The notes under the pieces: generated by a model
What the model was told of the DNA's origin: nothing
The model's input: the letters and a program-made list of their open reading frames with translations, nothing else
Database searches by the model: none
NCBI GenBank assembly: GCA_964559915.1
Contig: CAZLJP010000003.1
Coordinates: 119,769-183,768, forward strand
Source of the DNA: an uncultured Candidatus Saccharibacteria bacterium
GTDB taxonomy: Bacteria; Patescibacteriota; Saccharimonadia; Saccharimonadales; JALRHH01
Length of the DNA stretch: 64,000 nt
Direction: 5' to 3'
Translations under genes and position numbers: made by a program
Part shown: positions 25,551 to 35,342 of the stretch, piece after piece
Layout: every line of letters begins with the position of its first letter
Position numbering within the stretch: the first letter of the stretch is position 1

Positions 25551-26869
25551 GCAAAATTCTGACGTAGCCACTCGTCCAAGCTATTGCCGCCACCAGCAGT
25601 CAAGCAGAGCACAGTGTCACCAGTAGTAATGTGCTTTTGAATCGTACTAGCTAGCTCTGCATTCAATGCTGCTGTCTCAGTTTTTGTCTGAGTCTCTGAC
25701 GAGAGCAAGGCTTTGAGTTTTTCTGGAGTTAGAAGTTCTAGCGAAGTGTCTTCTCGTGCCAGGTAGCTCGGCACAATGTATAGTTGTTTTACATCATCAA
25801 ACAATGTCACCAAACCATCTTTTATAAAATGTTGGCGAGTGTTGTGGAGCCCTTCATATATCACTACTAAATTATCTCCTGCTACTTCGTGCCCAAGCTG
25901 CAGTGCACCCTCAATCTTGGGTACGGTATGGGCGTAGTCGGTGTACAAGCCGGGGACAATTTGCTCAAAACGACGTGATACCCCGGGGAATCGATTAAGT
26001 ATCTCGTACAATGGTTGATTATCGTCGATTGCCAGGAGTGTCTCAATACCCTGTACTACTAATGCGGCATTTTGTTTGTTAACCGTACCGGCCAGAGTAG
26101 CAAAGGGGTAATCCTCAAAGTTAATCACTGCCACGGAGGCAGAATTAGTGATGCCTGCTTTATCTGCATCAGGCTGCCAGATGTATGTTAGGTTACTTTG
26201 AGCTACAAATTTCTGGAAGGCCTGGTTATATTCATCGCGGGTGGGATAAATATCCGGATGGTCCCAATCAATGCCTGTTATAAGGCTGAGAGCAGGCTTG
26301 TACGCCAGGAAATTACGATCATACTCATCTGCTTCGTAGACGAAATATTCCGAGCCCTCCACGTATGCGCCAAGGTCGGCAAAGCTTGTTTTTGCAGGCA
26401 GTAGATAACTGAAGCTTGTGCCGAGTTGCTGCAGTAGCCAGACGGTCATGGCGGTCGTCGTGGTCTTGCCGTGCGTCCCAGCAATCGCAATCATTTTCAG
26501 ATTTTTATCAGTTAGTAGCTGGTTGATAAAATCATCACGCTTGGTGGCTTTAATATTGTTTTCTTGGCAGAACAAAAGCTCGGGATGATTAGGGTTCTCC
26601 ATTGGCAGTGCAGAGCTGTATACAAACCAGTCAATTGGTTTCTGTGTGTGCGTTTTGGCTATTTCATCCTGTGTTTGGCCAATGTGAATGTCGGTAATAC
26701 CATGCTCTTTCAGATGAGATATATAGCTAGAGTCCTGTTTATCGGAACCAGAGACTTCATAGCCTGCTTGTTTGGCTACGAGGGCGAGCGGGCCGATGCC
26801 AGCACCGCCAATACCTGAGAAGTAAATATGCATATGTATATGGTACACTGAAGAAAAGCTAAAACACAT
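25547..26869 (-). CDS. Mur ligase family protein (MurC/Mpl-like)
   Basis: N-terminal Rossmann motif IYFSGIGGAGIGPLALVAKQAGYEVSGSD and P-loop IAIAGTHGKTTTTAM. The likely true start is the internal ATG at 26833 (MHIYFSG). Confidence 0.8.
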   Translation of the reverse strand: MCFSFSSVYHIHMHIYFSGIGGAGIGPLALVAKQAGYEVSGSDKQDSSYISHLKEHGITDIHIGQTQDEIAKTHTQKPIDWFVYSSALPMENPNHPELLFCQENNIKATKRDDFINQLLTDKNLKMIAIAGTHGKTTTTAMTVWLLQQLGTSFSYLLPAKTSFADLGAYVEGSEYFVYEADEYDRNFLAYKPALSLITGIDWDHPDIYPTRDEYNQAFQKFVAQSNLTYIWQPDADKAGITNSASVAVINFEDYPFATLAGTVNKQNAALVVQGIETLLAIDDNQPLYEILNRFPGVSRRFEQIVPGLYTDYAHTVPKIEGALQLGHEVAGDNLVVIYEGLHNTRQHFIKDGLVTLFDDVKQLYIVPSYLAREDTSLELLTPEKLKALLSSETQTKTETAALNAELASTIQKHITTGDTVLCLTAGGGNSLDEWLRQNFA

Positions 26870-26872
26870 AGG

Positions 26873-28084
26873 GTGGGCATGCTCAAAGCGATATTTAGTA
26901 GAATGCTACAGAAGAATCACTTCTGGCGTGAAGTTGGTTTTGATGAGCTAAGTGAGCTGTATATCAGTACTATGCTCCGCTGGACAGCTTTAACTATTTT
27001 CATGGTTTTTGTGCCATTCTACCTCTATCAGCATGGGTACAGCGCGTCTGCGATTATGCTGACGTTTGGTTGTGTGTTTCTCGTTCGTATTGGTGGTGAT
27101 ATTGGTGCTGCCTATAGTGTTGCCAGATTTGGCCCCAAACATGCCATGATTATTAGCTGTTTATTACAGATTACCAGCACTGCTTTTTTATTAACCATAC
27201 CGAACCATCATTGGCATCCGCTGCTGATTGCTGCTCCCTGGGGGGCCTCGGCTAGCTTCTTCTTTATTGCCTATCATGTAGAACTTTCCAAGATAAAACA
27301 TACCGCCAAAGCAGGTCATGAACTAGGCCACCTGCAATCTTTCGAGAAGGTCGGTTATCTTGTGGGTCCGGTAATTGGCGGGGTCGTCGGTAGCCAATTT
27401 GGACCGCAGTATATTTTTCTAACAGCCAGCCTTCTGCTAATTGCTAGTCTATGGCCGCTGTTTATTTCTGCCGAACCGGTTAAGATACGCCAGAAGCTAG
27501 ACTTTTCGTCACTGCCACTCCACAAGATAAAGCATGATATATTCGCCTATTGTTGTTTGGGTGTAGAGAATACCCTCTGTATCAACGCCTGGCCCTTGTA
27601 TGTAGCAGTGTTTGTGCTGAGCGGGGCAGTATACGCCAAGCTTGGTCTGCTAGCCGCCGCCGGCGTACTTGCAGGGATTGTGACTGCTAGATTAATTGGC
27701 CGTTTGACCGATACGGGTATAGCTCGTCCGCTATTAAGGGCCAGCGCATTATTGAACTCCTTGACCTATGTGATTCGTCCGTTCGTGCAAGGGCTGGGTG
27801 GTGTTTTTGTGGTGAATGTCATAAATGAAGTAGTTACTACAGGCTACCGCATGCCTTTTACCAAAGGAATGTATGCGGCAGCTGATGATTTGCCTGGCCA
27901 GAGAATTGTCTACGTCGCCTCACTGGAGGTAATCGCTAGCGTTGTTAAAGCAACGGCGTGGTTTTTCCTGGCGCTACTGGCTCTGGTCTTTTCACTTAAA
28001 ACAGTGTTGCTTATTAGTTTTGCTATAGCCGCCCTAGCGTCACTGGGCATTACCAGCGAACGATTCAAGGTATATAATCGGTAG
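26873..28084 (+). CDS. MFS-type transporter
   Basis: 403 aa with about 12 TM helices in two six-helix halves. ATG 26879 is an alternative start. Confidence 0.65.
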   Translation: MGMLKAIFSRMLQKNHFWREVGFDELSELYISTMLRWTALTIFMVFVPFYLYQHGYSASAIMLTFGCVFLVRIGGDIGAAYSVARFGPKHAMIISCLLQITSTAFLLTIPNHHWHPLLIAAPWGASASFFFIAYHVELSKIKHTAKAGHELGHLQSFEKVGYLVGPVIGGVVGSQFGPQYIFLTASLLLIASLWPLFISAEPVKIRQKLDFSSLPLHKIKHDIFAYCCLGVENTLCINAWPLYVAVFVLSGAVYAKLGLLAAAGVLAGIVTARLIGRLTDTGIARPLLRASALLNSLTYVIRPFVQGLGGVFVVNVINEVVTTGYRMPFTKGMYAAADDLPGQRIVYVASLEVIASVVKATAWFFLALLALVFSLKTVLLISFAIAALASLGITSERFKVYNR

Positions 28085-28089
28085 ATAAT

Positions 28090-28689
28090 ATGCATAAGCG
28101 TCATCTACACCACCTTTTAGTCCTCATCCGCAAGATACGTGTTTTTTATTTGGTCGCGCTGATAGCCGTTGGAGTAGGGGTATCCGTCTTTGGCCTGAGG
28201 GATAATAATCTACAGGCTATCAAGCTTCGTGACCAGGTGCTCAAGGCTGATCAACAAAATGCAGATGTCGAAACACCACTCAGGGAGCTCCGCGAATTTA
28301 CCTATGGCCATATGGGTAGCCATCTTGCATCGCCGACTCCGCCAGTGCAGCTTAAATACCGATATGACCGGCTAACAGCAGAGCAGAAGGCCAAAGAACC
28401 ATCCAATACCCAGCTGGCTACTCAAGCTCAGAATTATTGCGAGGCTCAAATTCCTACGGGCCGTTCCCTCAACAGAATAGATTGTATCCAGAACTACATC
28501 TTGGGTCACGGCGCACAGGCATCAAAGCCCATCCCTGACGCGCTGTATAAGTTTGATTTTATTGCACCTGCCTGGTCACCCGATTTGGCTGGCTGGAGTA
28601 TTGTCCTAACGGTGCTCTTTATTGTTGTGTTGTTGGTTCGAGTATCGGCCGTGGCCTGGCTCAAACATGTTGTTAAGCAACACGCATAA
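28090..28689 (+). CDS. hypothetical membrane protein
   Basis: 199 aa with N- and C-terminal TM helices flanking a soluble domain. Confidence 0.55.
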   Translation: MHKRHLHHLLVLIRKIRVFYLVALIAVGVGVSVFGLRDNNLQAIKLRDQVLKADQQNADVETPLRELREFTYGHMGSHLASPTPPVQLKYRYDRLTAEQKAKEPSNTQLATQAQNYCEAQIPTGRSLNRIDCIQNYILGHGAQASKPIPDALYKFDFIAPAWSPDLAGWSIVLTVLFIVVLLVRVSAVAWLKHVVKQHA

Positions 28690-28807
28690 TCAACATACTG
28701 CGGCAAAGCCGACCTATACATACGGCCTGGGGCCATATGTATCCAGGCGAATAATAAAAATACCCCGCTCACTTGGGGCGGGGTATTGATTCGTTCTAGT
28801 GTAGTAA

Positions 28808-29479
28808 CTAGTTCGTAGTTTTCTTGTTTGTAGTACTGTTATTTGTACTATTTGAGTTCGTGGTGGTGTTAGAGTTCGTAGTGCTGTTATCTGTAGTGCC
28901 CGTACCAGTGTTGGTTTGTGCACTAGAAGTCTCACACTTCTGACCATTTGGATTCTGTTTCTTGTAATCGGCTACAGCCTTAGCAACCTGGCCGTCATCC
29001 TTGAGATTTTCCCAGAAGATAACTTGCTCGCGGTTGATTACCATCTTGTCAGTTGGGCCATGTAGCTCACAACCAAGCTTCACCAATGAAATATCATTTG
29101 ATGTAGATGATTGGTCTTGGTTTGGCTGTACCTGTTGGTTGACACGCAAGTAGTAGATGTTAGCCATGCTTAGGAACTTCGTGTTCAAGTCATTGATATT
29201 GCCAAAGTAAACTTGGCCGCCGTTTAGGAACACAGCCTGGAGCTTGTTCTTATCGACATAACTATCCTCTGATTTGCCACCGCCTAATGCGAGGAACCAA
29301 ACAACTGCAATAATCAGTACTGTTACAGAGAACAATAAGACGATTTGTGCAATTCGAAGGCCTCTCCAGAATGCTAAGCCACCCTTAGATTTTTTTGTTG
29401 TAGCTGCCGCTGGTGCTGCAGGTCGAGCAGCGCCGAGGCCAGCTGGTTGGTCTTGGCCTTGGCCACGATTCCATTCCAT
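28808..29479 (-). CDS. hypothetical membrane-anchored protein with Thr/Asn-rich tail
   Basis: 223 aa with TM helix IAQIVLLFSVTVLIIAVVWFLAL and a C-terminal (T/N/S) low-complexity stretch. Confidence 0.6.
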   Translation of the reverse strand: MEWNRGQGQDQPAGLGAARPAAPAAATTKKSKGGLAFWRGLRIAQIVLLFSVTVLIIAVVWFLALGGGKSEDSYVDKNKLQAVFLNGGQVYFGNINDLNTKFLSMANIYYLRVNQQVQPNQDQSSTSNDISLVKLGCELHGPTDKMVINREQVIFWENLKDDGQVAKAVADYKKQNPNGQKCETSSAQTNTGTGTTDNSTTNSNTTTNSNSTNNSTTNKKTTN

Positions 29480-29662
29480 GTGTGATCTCCACCTTTCTTA
29501 ACTATACCCCGCTAGTGTAATGCATAAGCACCTTATCTTGCAATCCTCTTGTGCTATTTCGCTGGGGAAAGGTCACAGAGCAGGCTCTTTTTACACACAA
29601 TACTTACAACGTTTCTACAGAGGAAACGAGTGATTCTAAGGTGTTAATTTAGCGAAAAGTTG

Positions 29663-29692
29663 TTGACAACTCAAATCACCCAAGAGTATGTT
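29663..29692 (+). promoter_or_regulatory. sigma70-type promoter for the 29733 gene
   Basis: TTGACA (29663-29668), 18-nt spacer, TATGTT (29687-29692). Strong SD AGAGGGAGG before the ATG at 29733. Confidence 0.55.
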
Positions 29693-29732
29693 AAGAGGTA
29701 CCAATACTTAAGTAAGAAGAGGGAGGCCATTT

Positions 29733-29930
29733 ATGGCAGCTTACAAGCACACGAATTCAAAGGGTGTAACATACTACCTTAACTCAAAATTAGTAACACT
29801 TCGCGGTGGCAAAGAACAGCGCATTTACTACTTCAGCAAGGACCAGCGCCCAGAAGGTACTGAACTTCCTGCAGGTTTCGTAGTTAACGAAAACCCACGC
29901 AACGGTTTCCTTACCGTAAAGCGCGGCTAA
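29733..29930 (+). CDS. small hypothetical protein (65 aa), probably highly expressed
   Basis: Promoter, strong SD, and a perfect terminator immediately downstream. Sequence MAAYKHTNSKGVTYYLNS...RIYYFSK. Confidence 0.65.
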   Translation: MAAYKHTNSKGVTYYLNSKLVTLRGGKEQRIYYFSKDQRPEGTELPAGFVVNENPRNGFLTVKRG

Positions 29931-29950
29931 TCACAGCCTGATTATCCAAA

Positions 29951-29976
29951 ACACCCCAGGAAACTGGGGTGTTTTG
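29951..29976 (+). terminator. intrinsic terminator
   Basis: ACACCCCAG-GAAA-CTGGGGTGT followed by TTTGC. Confidence 0.75.
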
Positions 29977-30606
29977 CTATATTATAGAGATATGCTGAAA
30001 CAACGCCTTGTCTCCGTTGCCTGGATTTTGAGTCTGACAGTGGCGTTGCTGGCACTCATTGCCTGGTGGCAAGGGCTGTTGGTGCCTTTTAGTAGACTGA
30101 CTGTCTACGATATCTTCCCCCTGTTTGGCATGGTGGCGTTTAGTCTGATGTGGACACATTATATTGTTGGCGGGCTACGCCACTACACTGATTTTGACCG
30201 CACCAGACTTAATGCTTTCTACAATAGTACGGCTGCCGTAGTACTGGGAGCTTTGTTACTGCACCCAGGGCTGATTATCTGGCAAACCTGGCGTGACGGT
30301 ATTGGCCTGCCAATCAACTATGTGGCACCAGATTTACGACTCTTTGTGGTCCTGGGTGTTGTCGGTTGGCTTGTGTTCATGCTTTTTGAGTTCAAAGAAG
30401 TCTACGGCAAACGCCTCTGGTGGCACTACATAGAGCGTGCCAACGAACTGGCGATGATTGCTATATTAGTCCACGGTTTTGTGTTGGCGCGAGACCGTCT
30501 CCCTGGCTGGTATATGCTTATTTGGATATTTTACGGTCTGACCTTCGCTGCAGCGGTTGCGTATGATGCGGCTAAGCGTCGCAATCAAACTGGCAGTTGG
30601 TTGTAG
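29974..30606 (+). CDS. hypothetical polytopic membrane protein
   Basis: 210 aa with five to six TM helices and conserved-looking His residues (WTHYIVGGLRHY, LLHPG, ILVHGF). ATG 29992 is a likelier start than TTG 29974. Confidence 0.6.
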   Translation: MLYYRDMLKQRLVSVAWILSLTVALLALIAWWQGLLVPFSRLTVYDIFPLFGMVAFSLMWTHYIVGGLRHYTDFDRTRLNAFYNSTAAVVLGALLLHPGLIIWQTWRDGIGLPINYVAPDLRLFVVLGVVGWLVFMLFEFKEVYGKRLWWHYIERANELAMIAILVHGFVLARDRLPGWYMLIWIFYGLTFAAAVAYDAAKRRNQTGSWL

Positions 30607-30627
30607 TTCAGCACATCATTTGATACC

Positions 30628-31392
30628 GTGGATGTTATGAGTACAATTCTTGAAGTAAAAGATTTAGTAAAAACATATGGTGACCGCAATGTCGTAGACG
30701 GCATATCGTTTGAGGTTAAAAAGGGTGAGGTTTTTGGTATTTTGGGGCCCAACGGCGCCGGCAAAACCACTACACTGGAAATGATAGAAGGCATGCGGCC
30801 AATTGATGGTGGTACGGCCACCATCGCTGGCATCAATGTACACGATGACCCCTGGGCTATCCGACGCATTATTGGCGTTCAGCCACAACAGCCCGCTTTC
30901 CAAGACAAGCAAAAGCTAACCGAAATCATCGAGATGTTTTCTGCTACGTACGGGGAAAAGGTCAATCCTAAAAAATTTCTAGATGATGTAAATCTTGGCG
31001 AAAAGGCCAATGCCTTTGCCGAGAATTTATCCGGCGGTCAGCGCCAACGTCTGAGCATCGCGACGGCGCTAGTACACAATCCCAAGGTCTTCTTCCTGGA
31101 CGAGCCAACTACGGGTCTTGACCCGCAGGCTCGACGTAATCTATGGGACCTTATCCGTGATATCCAGAAAAAGGGCGTGACTGTTATTTTGACTACTCAC
31201 TACATGGACGAGGCCGAACTACTCTGTGACCGCATCGCAGTGATGGACCGTGGCAAGGTTATCTCTTTGGATACGCCCAAGAATCTCATTCAAGATTTGC
31301 TCAAAAAGGGCTTCAAGAAGGAACAGCACGTCGAACAAGCCAATCTTGAAGACGTCTTTATCGATTTAACTGGAAAGGCACTACGGGATTAA
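30628..31392 (+). CDS. ABC transporter ATP-binding protein
   Basis: Walker A GPNGAGKTT, signature LSGGQRQRL, Walker B VFFLDEPTTGLD. ATG 30637 is the likely start. Confidence 0.92.
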   Translation: MDVMSTILEVKDLVKTYGDRNVVDGISFEVKKGEVFGILGPNGAGKTTTLEMIEGMRPIDGGTATIAGINVHDDPWAIRRIIGVQPQQPAFQDKQKLTEIIEMFSATYGEKVNPKKFLDDVNLGEKANAFAENLSGGQRQRLSIATALVHNPKVFFLDEPTTGLDPQARRNLWDLIRDIQKKGVTVILTTHYMDEAELLCDRIAVMDRGKVISLDTPKNLIQDLLKKGFKKEQHVEQANLEDVFIDLTGKALRD

Positions 31393-31393
31393 T

Positions 31394-32524
31394 ATGGCAG
31401 ATATGAATACGCCACTCACATTCAAGCAAAAACTCTTTACCGTCCAGGTGTTTGTCAAACAAACTACGCGCCGCTTTTTCCGCGACCGCTTGGCCATTTT
31501 CTTTGGTGTTTTGTTCCCACTTATCTTCTTGTTCGTCTTTGGTAGTTTTAATAAGGGCGGCAACGACCTGTCGTTTAATGTTGCACTTATCAACCAGTCA
31601 CAGTCAGCTTTTGCCGGTGATTTGGCCAAGCAGTTAAGCGATAGCAAGACATTTAAGGTCGCAAAAGACGTTACAACCTTCGAACAAGCCAAAGAAAAGC
31701 TCAGCCGCAACCAGCTCGATGGCGCAATTGTATTGCCTGCAGGTTTTGGCGATACAAAGGGCAATAATCCTGCTGGCGCTGCCGAAGTCTTCTACACACA
31801 GAACAACGAATCCGCTGGCCAGACTCTCGTGACGGTTCTCGACGGTACGTTCAAGGGTATCAATGCGCAGTATGTCAGCACAGAAGTACCATTTACGGTA
31901 GATGCCAAGAAACTAAACGAAAACAGTCTGAGCGCCTTTGACTACACCTTTGCTGGTCTGCTTGGTTTCTCTATCATCGGGCTTGGCATCTTTGGACCCA
32001 TAAACGTCTTCCCGGAGCTCAAGAAACAGGGGATTCTGCGTCGTCTACACACCACACCCATTCGTGTTTGGCAGTATTTTCTGGCAACTATGCTGTCGCA
32101 GGCCATCATTGGTATCTTCTCGCTCGCCATCATGTTTGCCGTGGCAATAGCTGCTTTTGACCTACACGTTACCGGCAATTATTTAGAAATCGGCTCATTT
32201 ATCGTGTTGGGTATCTTCATGATTTTGGGTGTGGGTCTCAGTATTGGTGGTTGGGCCAGCAACGAACGCCAAGCTGCGCCGCTGGCAAACCTCATCGTTT
32301 TCCCGATGATGTTCTTATCGGGCACGTTCTTCCCGCGATTTCTGATGCCTGAGTGGCTTCAGCATGTGTCCGCATTCCTACCGCTGACACCTGTCATTGA
32401 TGGCATCCGTTTGCTTACCACAGAGGGCAAACACTTGCTCGATATTGGGCCACAGCTCGGTATGATTGGCGCCTGGATGATTGTTATCTACGCCATAGCG
32501 TTCCGAGTATTTAGGTGGGAGTAG
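31394..32524 (+). CDS. ABC-2 type transporter permease
   Basis: 376 aa with an N-terminal TM helix, a large extracytoplasmic loop and five C-terminal TM helices. Starts 2 nt after the ATPase gene. Confidence 0.75.
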   Translation: MADMNTPLTFKQKLFTVQVFVKQTTRRFFRDRLAIFFGVLFPLIFLFVFGSFNKGGNDLSFNVALINQSQSAFAGDLAKQLSDSKTFKVAKDVTTFEQAKEKLSRNQLDGAIVLPAGFGDTKGNNPAGAAEVFYTQNNESAGQTLVTVLDGTFKGINAQYVSTEVPFTVDAKKLNENSLSAFDYTFAGLLGFSIIGLGIFGPINVFPELKKQGILRRLHTTPIRVWQYFLATMLSQAIIGIFSLAIMFAVAIAAFDLHVTGNYLEIGSFIVLGIFMILGVGLSIGGWASNERQAAPLANLIVFPMMFLSGTFFPRFLMPEWLQHVSAFLPLTPVIDGIRLLTTEGKHLLDIGPQLGMIGAWMIVIYAIAFRVFRWE

Positions 32525-32658
32525 CAACCACGAGACAGCCATTCTGGGTTTCTCATCGCGTCGGCAAAAAGGCGTGGCTTTTTGTCGGGCTGCTCTTCCC
32601 AAACACAACCATGGCTAATCTTGTTTAATTAGCATAACTATGTTATAATTGTATTAAT

Positions 32659-32862
32659 ATGTCAAGAGAACACATTGGTCGAGCTCATCACGAGCACTTT
32701 GACCCCCTGGTCCACAAAAACTGGGAGCACTTACCTCACCCCGAGATTCATAAACACCTTGGTGCTTTAGCTCGCCGCGGCGAGAATCTTCACGATATCA
32801 TTCTCCCTGGTGATTTTCTTGAAGAGCACGATATTCCGACCGTTTCAACAGAACGAGCATAA
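32659..32862 (+). CDS. small His-rich hypothetical protein
   Basis: 67 aa with 11 His residues (HHEHFDPLVHKNWEHLPHPEIHKH). A near-consensus promoter lies upstream (TTGTTT, 17 nt, TATAAT). Confidence 0.5.
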   Translation: MSREHIGRAHHEHFDPLVHKNWEHLPHPEIHKHLGALARRGENLHDIILPGDFLEEHDIPTVSTERA

Positions 32863-32909
32863 GCACAATCACCCTTGTAAAAGTTGCATAACTGTGGTAT
32901 AGTACAGTA

Positions 32910-33245
32910 ATGAGCACACCTCATGCATCACAATACGAACTTGAATCAGCCGCTTTCCATAGTATGGATAGTGGCTTTGACGCTGAGGTAGCCGAGGACC
33001 TTGGACTAACAACACCAGAAAATGCCACGCGCCAAATAGAGAGCGGCAAAAAGGTCGGTGAACTGCTTGCACAGGCGTCCATAGCCCTTGCTAAGGATAA
33101 TGATGAATGGAAGCCAGGAGACCCCTATAAGAATGGTCCTGATTCAGCCCTTTTAGATCTATCTGCAGAACAAAAAGAAAGAAACCGTACAAGCTGGAAT
33201 CGGATAAAAGCAGAGATGGCCGAACAAGCCAATAAGGGGCAGTAA
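32910..33245 (+). CDS. hypothetical protein
   Basis: 111-aa ORF. The stop is adjacent to or overlaps the start of the next ORF. Confidence 0.5.
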   Translation: MSTPHASQYELESAAFHSMDSGFDAEVAEDLGLTTPENATRQIESGKKVGELLAQASIALAKDNDEWKPGDPYKNGPDSALLDLSAEQKERNRTSWNRIKAEMAEQANKGQ

Positions 33246-34108
33246 TGCCTCCCGTGTCTCGAAATCCTATCGTACCGGGTGAAGGCCAGATGGACACAGA
33301 GGGCCATATCACTCATATTGAACCAGCGTTTAATCCAGAACGTGCACGCTGTTCCGTGGCTAGTATGCTCAATGCCGAAAAGCTCGGCCTGAACGAGCGT
33401 GATTATCTTTTTGTTCGACCAGAAATGGTTGAGGCTATCCAACCTGGCGAGATGCGAAAATCACTCATAGATGTTCCTCGTTCTATTCAGGATAGTCAGT
33501 TTGTCGTTTCCTATACTGAATTCGGACGTGCAGGTGGTCGAGAGCGCTATATTGCAGTTACTGCCCCAGAGGCAAAGGTTTTACCGCGTAGCATAGCAGC
33601 GCTCGGTAACAACGCACGCATCGCATCACGTGCCAAAGCTGTTGGACCTGTTGTAACAAATCGTGACCAGTTACGGGGAGAGCGCGCAAACATTCATGCC
33701 CAGGAATCAAAGCTTCCTGGCGTTGCTACATACCTAGAATCGCTCAAGAATCAGGGTAGGCTTATTGCCAAATTCAAAAAGGCTTCAGACGGTAGGAACA
33801 TTGGTCTATCAATGTTTGGCAGTGAAGGTAAGTTTCGCGAAAATTTTGCATATCTTCAGACGTTTATCATCGATGATATGGTGCGTGCGTACGGTGAACA
33901 GCAAAAATTAACAGAGTCACAGATGAAAATGGTGGCCAACACCGTGACTTATGATATCGTTCTAGGTCCCAATAAATTCGGTAATTTTCATAACTTTATG
34001 AAATTTGCTTTAGAATATAATCGTCACAAACAAGAGTTAGCCCTCCAGCGCAAGATAGCAATGGAACGAAACATAGGAAAGTATCTCACCAGCCTTGCCC
34101 AAGAATAA
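33245..34108 (+). CDS. hypothetical protein
   Basis: 287-aa ORF. No motif recognised. Confidence 0.6.
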   Translation: MPPVSRNPIVPGEGQMDTEGHITHIEPAFNPERARCSVASMLNAEKLGLNERDYLFVRPEMVEAIQPGEMRKSLIDVPRSIQDSQFVVSYTEFGRAGGRERYIAVTAPEAKVLPRSIAALGNNARIASRAKAVGPVVTNRDQLRGERANIHAQESKLPGVATYLESLKNQGRLIAKFKKASDGRNIGLSMFGSEGKFRENFAYLQTFIIDDMVRAYGEQQKLTESQMKMVANTVTYDIVLGPNKFGNFHNFMKFALEYNRHKQELALQRKIAMERNIGKYLTSLAQE

Positions 34109-35099
34109 CTTGCCCTTTTTTGTATTGGCACCGATGGACGACGTTACGGACACGGTGTTCCGCCAGGTCGTAGCAACAACTGCTGCGGCTGATTTGTACT
34201 TTACGGAGTTTGTAAATGTTGATGGCCTACAGAGTCCCGGCCGCAGCAAATTGCTCAAGAAATTGCAGTTTGTTCCGTCTGAGACTCAGTTGGTAGCCCA
34301 GCTATGGGGCAAGGAGCCAGAGAACTTCCGCAAAACTGCCCAGCAAATTGTTGACGGTACCTTTGCGCGCGAGCTTGGTTTGCCTGAAGGTGTTAACTTC
34401 GTGGGCATAGACCTCAATATGGGCTGCCCAGCCAAATCGGAGGTTAAAAATGGTACTTGTAGCGCACTGATTCAGAATCGGCCACTGGCAGGGGAGATTA
34501 TCAAAGCAACACAAGAGGGCGCGGGTAATTTACCTGTAAGTGTAAAGACACGCTTGGGCTGGAACGAGATTGACCACACGTGGCTAGAATTTTTACTTTC
34601 ACAAAAACTTAACATGTTAACTATTCATGGCCGCACCAAAAAAGAAATGAGCAAAGTCCCTGCGCACTGGGACGAGATTGGCAAAGTCCGTGAGCTTCGT
34701 GACAAGCTAGCTCCAGATACATTGATTGTTGGTAATGGCGACGTAGAATCTCGGGTTCAAGGTCTAGAACTAGCCAAAAAGTATGGCTTGGACGGTATTA
34801 TGATTGGCCGTGGCGTGTTCCACGACCCCTATGTATTTGCCAAAGATACGCCGTGGGCAGATGTGCCCCGCGAAGAGCGCCTGGCATTATATCGTCGACA
34901 TGTACAGCTCTTTGCAGACACCTGGCAGGCAGGCGAACGGCCCATCCATACGCTGAACAAATTCTGCAAAGTCTATATTAGTGACTTTGACGGCGCCAAA
35001 GAACTACGTGAGCAACTGATGGCCGCCGATTCTACGGACACACTACTGCAGCTTTTGGACGCAGCGTTGGTTATATCACAACCAGCTACCCCGCTATAA
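34095..35099 (+). CDS. dus: tRNA-dihydrouridine synthase
   Basis: FVLAPMDDVTDTVFRQV, DLNMGCP (catalytic Cys), HGRT and GNGDV are Dus TIM-barrel motifs. The start is uncertain (TTG 34095 or ATG 34134). Confidence 0.88.
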   Translation: MPKNNLPFFVLAPMDDVTDTVFRQVVATTAAADLYFTEFVNVDGLQSPGRSKLLKKLQFVPSETQLVAQLWGKEPENFRKTAQQIVDGTFARELGLPEGVNFVGIDLNMGCPAKSEVKNGTCSALIQNRPLAGEIIKATQEGAGNLPVSVKTRLGWNEIDHTWLEFLLSQKLNMLTIHGRTKKEMSKVPAHWDEIGKVRELRDKLAPDTLIVGNGDVESRVQGLELAKKYGLDGIMIGRGVFHDPYVFAKDTPWADVPREERLALYRRHVQLFADTWQAGERPIHTLNKFCKVYISDFDGAKELREQLMAADSTDTLLQLLDAALVISQPATPL

Positions 35100-35135
35100 G
35101 TTGTATACTAATAGGTACTAAGAGGAGGGGAGACT

Positions 35136-35342
35136 ATGTCCGAAATTGCCAAGAAACATGAACTTACTGCAAAGCAGAGCAGCACTATGTTAAGAATAGT
35201 GGCGGCCCTGGGGTCTGTTGTGGTGGCGCTCTTTGCGTTTTACCAACTGCCGATGACAGGCTGGTCCCATTTACTGATATTTATAGCTGGTATTGGCTTT
35301 GGCTGCGCCTGGCTTAGCCCCACGGAAAGGAAGCAAAACTAA
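35136..35342 (+). CDS. small two-TM membrane protein
   Basis: 68 aa. Its stop overlaps the sodC start (TAATG). Confidence 0.5.
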   Translation: MSEIAKKHELTAKQSSTMLRIVAALGSVVVALFAFYQLPMTGWSHLLIFIAGIGFGCAWLSPTERKQN

